Source of the DNA: Nemertoderma westbladi
Taxonomy: Eukaryota > Animalia > Xenacoelomorpha
Assembly (NCBI GenBank): GCA_032718475.1
Contig: JAUCBJ010004823.1
Coordinates: 1 to 44,019, forward strand
Direction of reading: 5' to 3'
Length of the DNA: 44,019 nt
The notes under the pieces were generated by a model that ran no database searches, was not told where the DNA came from, and worked only from the letters and a program-made list of their open reading frames with translations. This document shows positions 37,501-44,019 of this stretch, one piece after another (the stretch's first letter is position 1; each line of letters begins with the position of its first letter). Both the position numbers and the translations under genes were made by a program.

Positions 37501-40500
37501 TCATGACGAACAGTAGAGTCCGCCTACCTGCTTTGTATCAATAACATTCATGACGAACAGTAGAGTCCGCCTACCTGCTTTGTATCAATAACATTCATGA
37601 CGAACAGTAGAGTCCGCCTACCTGCTTTGTAACAATAACATTCATTACGAACAGTAGATTCCGCCTACCTGCTTTGTAACAATAACATTCATTACGAACA
37701 GTAGAGTCCGCCTACCTGCTTTGTATCAATAACATTCATGACGAACAGTAGAGTCCGCCTACCTGCTTTGTATCAATAACATTCATGACGAACAGTAGAG
37801 TCCGCCTACCTGCTTTGTAACAATAACATTCATTACGAACAGTAGATTCCGCCTACCTGCTTTGTATCAATAACATTCATTACGAAAGGTAGAGTCCGCC
37901 TACCTGCTTTGTAACAATAACATTCATTACGAACAGTAGATTCCGCCTACCTGCTTTGTAACAATAACATTCATTACGAAAGGTACAGTAGAGTCCGCCT
38001 ACCTGCTTTGTAACAATAACATTCATTACGAACAGTAGATTCCGCCTACCTGCTTTGTAACAATAACATTCATTACGAACAGTAGAGTCCGCCTACCTGC
38101 TTTGTAACAATAACATTCATTACGAACAGTAGAGTCCGCCTACCTGCTTTGTAACAATAACATTCATTACGAACAGTAGAGTCCGCCTACCTGCTTTGTA
38201 ACAATAACATTCATTACGAACAGTAGATTCCGCCTACCTGCTTTGTAACAATAACATTCATTACGAACAGTAGAGTCCGCCTACCTGCTTTGTAACAATA
38301 ACATTCATTACGAACAGTAGAGTCCGCCTACCTGCTTTGTAACAATAACATTCATTACGAACAGTAGAATCCGCCTACCTGCTTTGTAACAATAACATTC
38401 ATTACGAACAGTAGAGTCTGCCTACCTGATTTGTAAAAATAACATTTATTACGAACAGTAGAGTCCGCCTACCTGCTTTGTAACAATAACATTCATTACG
38501 AACAGTAGAATCCGCCTACCTGCTTTGTAACAATAACATTCATTACGAACAGTAGAGTCTGCCTACCTGATTTGTAAAAATAACATTTATTACGAACAGT
38601 AGATTCCGCCTACCTGCTTTGTAACAATAACATTCATTACGAACAGTAGAGTCCGCCTACCTGCTTTGTAACAATAACATTCATTACGAACAGTAGAGTC
38701 CGCCTACCTGCTTTGTAACAATAACATTCATTACGAACAGTAGAGTCCGCCTACCTGCTTTGTAACAATAACATTCATTACGAACAGTAGAGTCCGCCTA
38801 CCTGCTTTGTAACAATAACATTCATTACGAACAGTAGAGTCCGCCTAACTGCTTTGTAACAATAACATTCATTACGAACAGTAGAGTCCGCCTAACTGCT
38901 TTGTAACAATAACATTCATTACGAACAGTAGATTCCGCCTACCTGCTTTGTAACAATAACATTCATTACGAACAGTAGATTCCGCCTACCTGCTTTGTAA
39001 CAATAACATTCATTACGAACAGTAGAGTCCGCCTACCTGCTTTGTAACAATAACATTCATTACGAACAGTAGAGTCCGCCTACCTGCTTTGTAACAATAA
39101 CATTCATTACGAAAGGTACAGTAGAGTCCGCCTACCTGCTTTGTAACAATAACATTCATTACGAACAGTAGAGTCCGCCTACCTGCTTTGTATCAATAAC
39201 ATTCATTACGAACAGTAGAGTCCGCCTACCTGCTTTGTAACAATAACATTCATTACGAACAGTAGATTCCGCCTACCTGCTTTGTAACAATAACATTCAT
39301 TACGAAAGGTACAGTAGAGTCCGCCTACCTGCTTTGTAACAATAACATTCATTACGAAAGGTAGAGTCCGCCTACCTGCTTTGTAACAATAACATTTATT
39401 ACGAACAGTAGAGTCCTCCTACCTGCTTTGTAACAATAACATTCATTACGAACAGTAGAGTCCGCCTACCTGCTTTGTAACAATAACATTCATTACGAAC
39501 AGTAGAGTCCGCCTACCTGCTTTGTAACAATAACATTCATTACGAAAGGTACAGTAGAGTCCGCCTACCTGCTTTGTAACAATAACATTCATTACGAACA
39601 GTAGAGTCCGCCTACCTGCTTTGTAACAATAACATTCATTACGAACAGTAGATTCCGCCTACCTGCTTTGTAACAATAACATTCATTACGAACAGTAGAG
39701 TCCGCCTACCTGCTTTGTAACAATAACATTCATTACGAACAGTAGAGTCCGCCTACCTGCTTTGTAACAATAACATTCATTACGAACAGTAGATTCCGCC
39801 TACCTGCTTTGTAACAATAACATTCATTACGAAAGGTAGAGTCCGCCTACCTGCTTTGTAACAATAACATTCATTACGAACAGTAGATTCCGCCTACCTG
39901 CTTTGTAACAATAACATTCATTACGAAAGGTAGAGTCCGCCTACCTGCTTTGTAACAATAACATTCATTACGAACAGTAGAGTCCTCCTACCTGCTTTGT
40001 AACAATAACATTCATTACGAACAGTAGAGTCCGCCTACCTGCTTTGTAACAATAACATTCATTACGAACAGTAGATTCCGCCTACCTGCTTTGTAACAAT
40101 AACATTCATTACGAACAGTAGATTCCGCCTACCTGCTTTGTAACAATAACATTCATTACGAACAGTAGAGTCCGCCTACCTGCTTTGTAACAATAACATT
40201 CATTACGAACAGTAGAGTCCTCCTACCTGCTTTGTAACAATAACATTCATTACGAACAGTAGAGTCCGCCTACCTGCTTTGTAACAATAACATTCATTAC
40301 GAAAGGTAGAGTCCGCCTAACTGCTTTGTAACAATAACATTCATTACGAACAGTAGAGTCCGCCTACCTGCTTTGTAACAATAACATTCATTACGAACAG
40401 TTGAGTCCGCCTACCTACTTTGTAACAATAACATTCATTACGAACAGTAGATTCCGCCTACCTGCTTTGTAACAATAACATTCATTACGAAAGGTAGAGT

Positions 40501-43500
40501 CCGCCTACCTGCTTTGTAACAATAACATTTATTACGAACAGTAGAGTCCTCCTACCTGCTTTGTAACAATAACATTCATTACGAACAGTAGAGTCCGCCT
40601 ACCTGCTTTGTAACAATAACATTCATTACGAACAGTAGAGTCCGCCTACCTGCTTTGTAACAATAACATTCATTACGAACAGTAGAGTCCGCCTACCTGC
40701 TTTGTAACAATAACATTCATTACGAACAGTAGAGTCCGCCTACCTGCTTTGTAACAATAACATTCATTACGAACAGTAGAGTCCGCCTAACTGCTTTGTA
40801 ACAATAACATTCATTACGAACAGTAGAGTCCGCCTACCTGCTTTGTAACAATAACATTCATTACGAACAGTTGAGTCCGCCTACCTGCTTTGTAACAATA
40901 ACATTCATTACGAACAGTAGAGTCCGCCTACCTGCTTTGTAACAATAACATTCATTACGAACAGTAGATTCCGCCTACCTGCTTTGTAACAATAACATTC
41001 ATTACGAACAGGTAGAGTCCGCCTACCTGCTTTGTAACAATAACATTTATTACGAACAGTAGAGTCCTCCTACCTGCTTTGTAACAATAACATTCATTAC
41101 GAACAGTAGAGTCCGCCTACCTGCTTTGTAACAATAACATTCATTACGAACAGTAGAGTCCGCCTACCTGCTTTGTAACAATAACATTCATTACGAACAG
41201 TAGATTCCGCCTACCTGCTTTGTAACAATAACATTCATTACGAACAGTAGAGTCCGCCTACCTGCTTTGTAACAATAACATTCATTACGAACAGTAGAGT
41301 CCGCCTACCTGCTTTGTAACAATAACATTCATTACGAACAGGTAGAGTCCGCCTACCTGGTTTGTAACAATAACATTCATTACGAACAGTAGAGTCCGCC
41401 TACCTGCTTTGTAACAATAACATTCATTACGAACAGTAGAGTCCGCCTACCTGCTTTGTAACAATAACATTCATTACGAACAGTAGAGTCCGCCTACCTG
41501 CTTTGTAACAATAACATTCATTACGAACAGTAGAGTCCGCCTACCTGCTTTGTAACAATAACATTCATTACGAACAGTAGAGTCCGCCTACCTGCTTTGT
41601 AACAATAACATTCATTACGAACAGTAGAGTCCGCCTACCTGCTTTGTAACAATAACATTCATTACGAACAGTAGAGTCCGCCTACCTGCTTTGTAACAAT
41701 AACATTCATTACGAACAGTAGAGTCCGCCTACCTGCTTTGTAACAATAACATTCATTACGAACAGTAGAGTCCGCCTACCTGCTTTGTAACAATAACATT
41801 CATTACGAACAGTAGAGTCCGCCTACCTGCTTTGTAACAATAACATTCATTACGAACAGTAGAGTCCGCCTACCTGCTTTGTAACAATAACATTCATTAC
41901 GAACAGTAGAGTCCGCCTACCTGCTTTGTAACAATAACATTCATTACGAACAGTAGAGTCCTCCTACCTGCTTTGTAACAATAACATTCATTACGAACAG
42001 GTAGAGTCCGCCTACCTGCTTTGTAACAATAACATTCATTACGAACAGTAGAGTCCGCCTACCTGCTTTGTAACAATAACATTCATTACGAACAGTAGAG
42101 TCCGCCTACCTGCTTTGTAACAATAACATTCATTACGAACAGTAGAGTCCGCCTACCTGCTTTGTAACAATAACATTCATTACGAACAGTAGAGTCCGCC
42201 TACCTGCTTTGTAACAATAACATTCATTACGAACAGTAGAGTCCGCCTACCTGCTTTGTAACAATAACATTCATTACGAACAGTAGAGTCCGCCTACCTG
42301 CTTTGTAACAATAACATTCATTACGAACAGTAGAGTCCGCCTACCTGCTTTGTATCAATAACATTCATTACGAACAGTAGAGTCCGCCTACCTGCTTTGT
42401 AACAATAACATTCATTACGAACAGTAGAGTCCGCCTACCTGCTTTGTAACAATAACATTCATTACGAACAGTAGAGTCCGCCTACCTGCTTTGTATCAAT
42501 AACATTCATTACGAACAGTAGAGTCCGCCTACCTGCTTTGTAACAATAACATTCATTACGAACAGTAGAGTCCGCCTACCTGCTTTGTAACAATAACATT
42601 CATTACGAACAGTAGAGTCCGCCTACCTGCTTTGTAACAATAACATTCATTACGAACAGTAGAGTCCGCCTACCTGCTTTGTAACAATAACATTCATTAC
42701 GAACAGTAGAGTCCGCCTACCTGCTTTGTAACAATAACATTCATTACGAACAGTAGAGTCCGCCTACCTGCTTTGTAACAATAACATTCATTACGAACAG
42801 TAGAGTCCGCCTACCTGCTTTGTAACAATAACATTCATTACGAACAGTAGAGTCCGCCTACCTGCTTTGTAACAATAACATTCATTACGAACAGTAGAGT
42901 CCGCCTACCTGCTTTGTAACAATAACATTCATTACGAACAGTAGAGTCCGCCTACCTGCTTTGTAACAATAACATTCATTACGAACAGTAGAGTCCGCCT
43001 ACCTGCTTTGTAACAATAACATTCATTACGAACAGTAGAGTCCGCCTACCTGCTTTGTAACAATAACATTCATTACGAACAGTAGAGTCCGCCTACCTGC
43101 TTTGTAACAATAACATTCATTACGAACAGTAGAGTCCGCCTACCTGCTTTGTAACAATAACATTCATTACGAACAGTAGAGTCCGCCTACCTGCTTTGTA
43201 ACAATAACATTCATTACGAACAGTAGAGTCCGCCTACCTGCTTTGTAACAATAACATTCATTACGAACAGTAGAGTCCGCCTACCTGCTTTGTAACAATA
43301 ACATTCATTACGAACAGTAGAGTCCGCCTACCTGCTTTGTAACAATAACATTCATTACGAACAGTAGAGTCCGCCTACCTGCTTTGTAACAATAACATTC
43401 ATTACGAACAGTAGAGTCCGCCTACCTGCTTTGTAACAATAACATTCATTACGAACAGTAGAGTCCGCCTACCTGCTTTGTAACAATAACATTCATTACG

Positions 43501-44019
43501 AACAGTAGAGTCCGCCTACCTGCTTTGTAACAATAACATTCATTACGAACAGTAGAGTCCGCCTACCTGCTTTGTAACAATAACATTCATTACGAACAGT
43601 AGAGTCCGCCTACCTGCTTTGTAACAATAACATTCATTACGAACAGTAGAGTCCGCCTACCTGCTTTGTAACAATAACATTCATTACGAACAGTAGAGTC
43701 CGCCTACCTGCTTTGTAACAATAACATTCATTACGAACAGTAGAGTCCGCCTACCTGCTTTGTAACAATAACATTCATTACGAACAGTAGAGTCCGCCTA
43801 CCTGCTTTGTAACAATAACATTCATTACGAACAGTAGAGTCCGCCTACCTGCTTTGTAACAATAACATTCATTACGAACAGTAGAGTCCGCCTACCTGCT
43901 TTGTAACAATAACATTCATTACGAACAGTAGAGTCCGCCTACCTGCTTTGTATAACAATAACATTCATTACGAACAGTAGAGTCCGCCTACCTGCTTTGT
44001 AACAATAACATTCATTACG
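22516..44019. repeat. 47-bp satellite array (ACGAACAGTAGAGTCCGCCTACCTGCTTTGTAACAATAACATTCATT)n, ~450 copies, runs off the window; probably intronic to tektin
   Basis: 47-bp period measured directly (22571 to 22618). Includes 52-bp variants (GAAAGGTACAGTAG) and recurrent SNP variants. Confidence 0.98.

Noticed and set aside
9508-44019. CRISPR-like arrays (44-, 47- and 54-bp periodicities)
   Set aside because: Units are head-to-tail with no unique spacers, there are no cas genes, and the context is eukaryotic with spliceosomal introns.

Overview
AT-rich eukaryotic DNA, most likely an invertebrate animal, with spliceosomal GT-AG introns and no prokaryotic features. It holds three protein genes: an intronless UMP-CMP kinase (+, 6595-7353) with a mitochondrial-presequence-like extension; an intronless stand-alone DDX59-like helicase C-terminal domain with degenerate motifs V/VI (+, 12837-13508); and the last six exons of a tektin-1-like axonemal gene (-, 22434 to 13869), which splice in frame. 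The tektin 5' exons should lie beyond the window, across a >21.5 kb array of a 47-bp satellite. Over 60% of the window is tandem repeat (19, 44, 54, 54, ~150 and 47 bp units), alongside MITE-like elements and decayed LINE and BEL/Pao fragments. The most striking signal is a ~36-copy 54-bp intronic minisatellite derived from the end of the tektin exon just before it. Each unit re-encodes the RPNVELC signature and carries a copy of the 5' splice donor. Several other arrays also carry sense-strand donor or AG|GT motifs, suggesting repeated amplification of splice-site-containing units. Function is not demonstrated.
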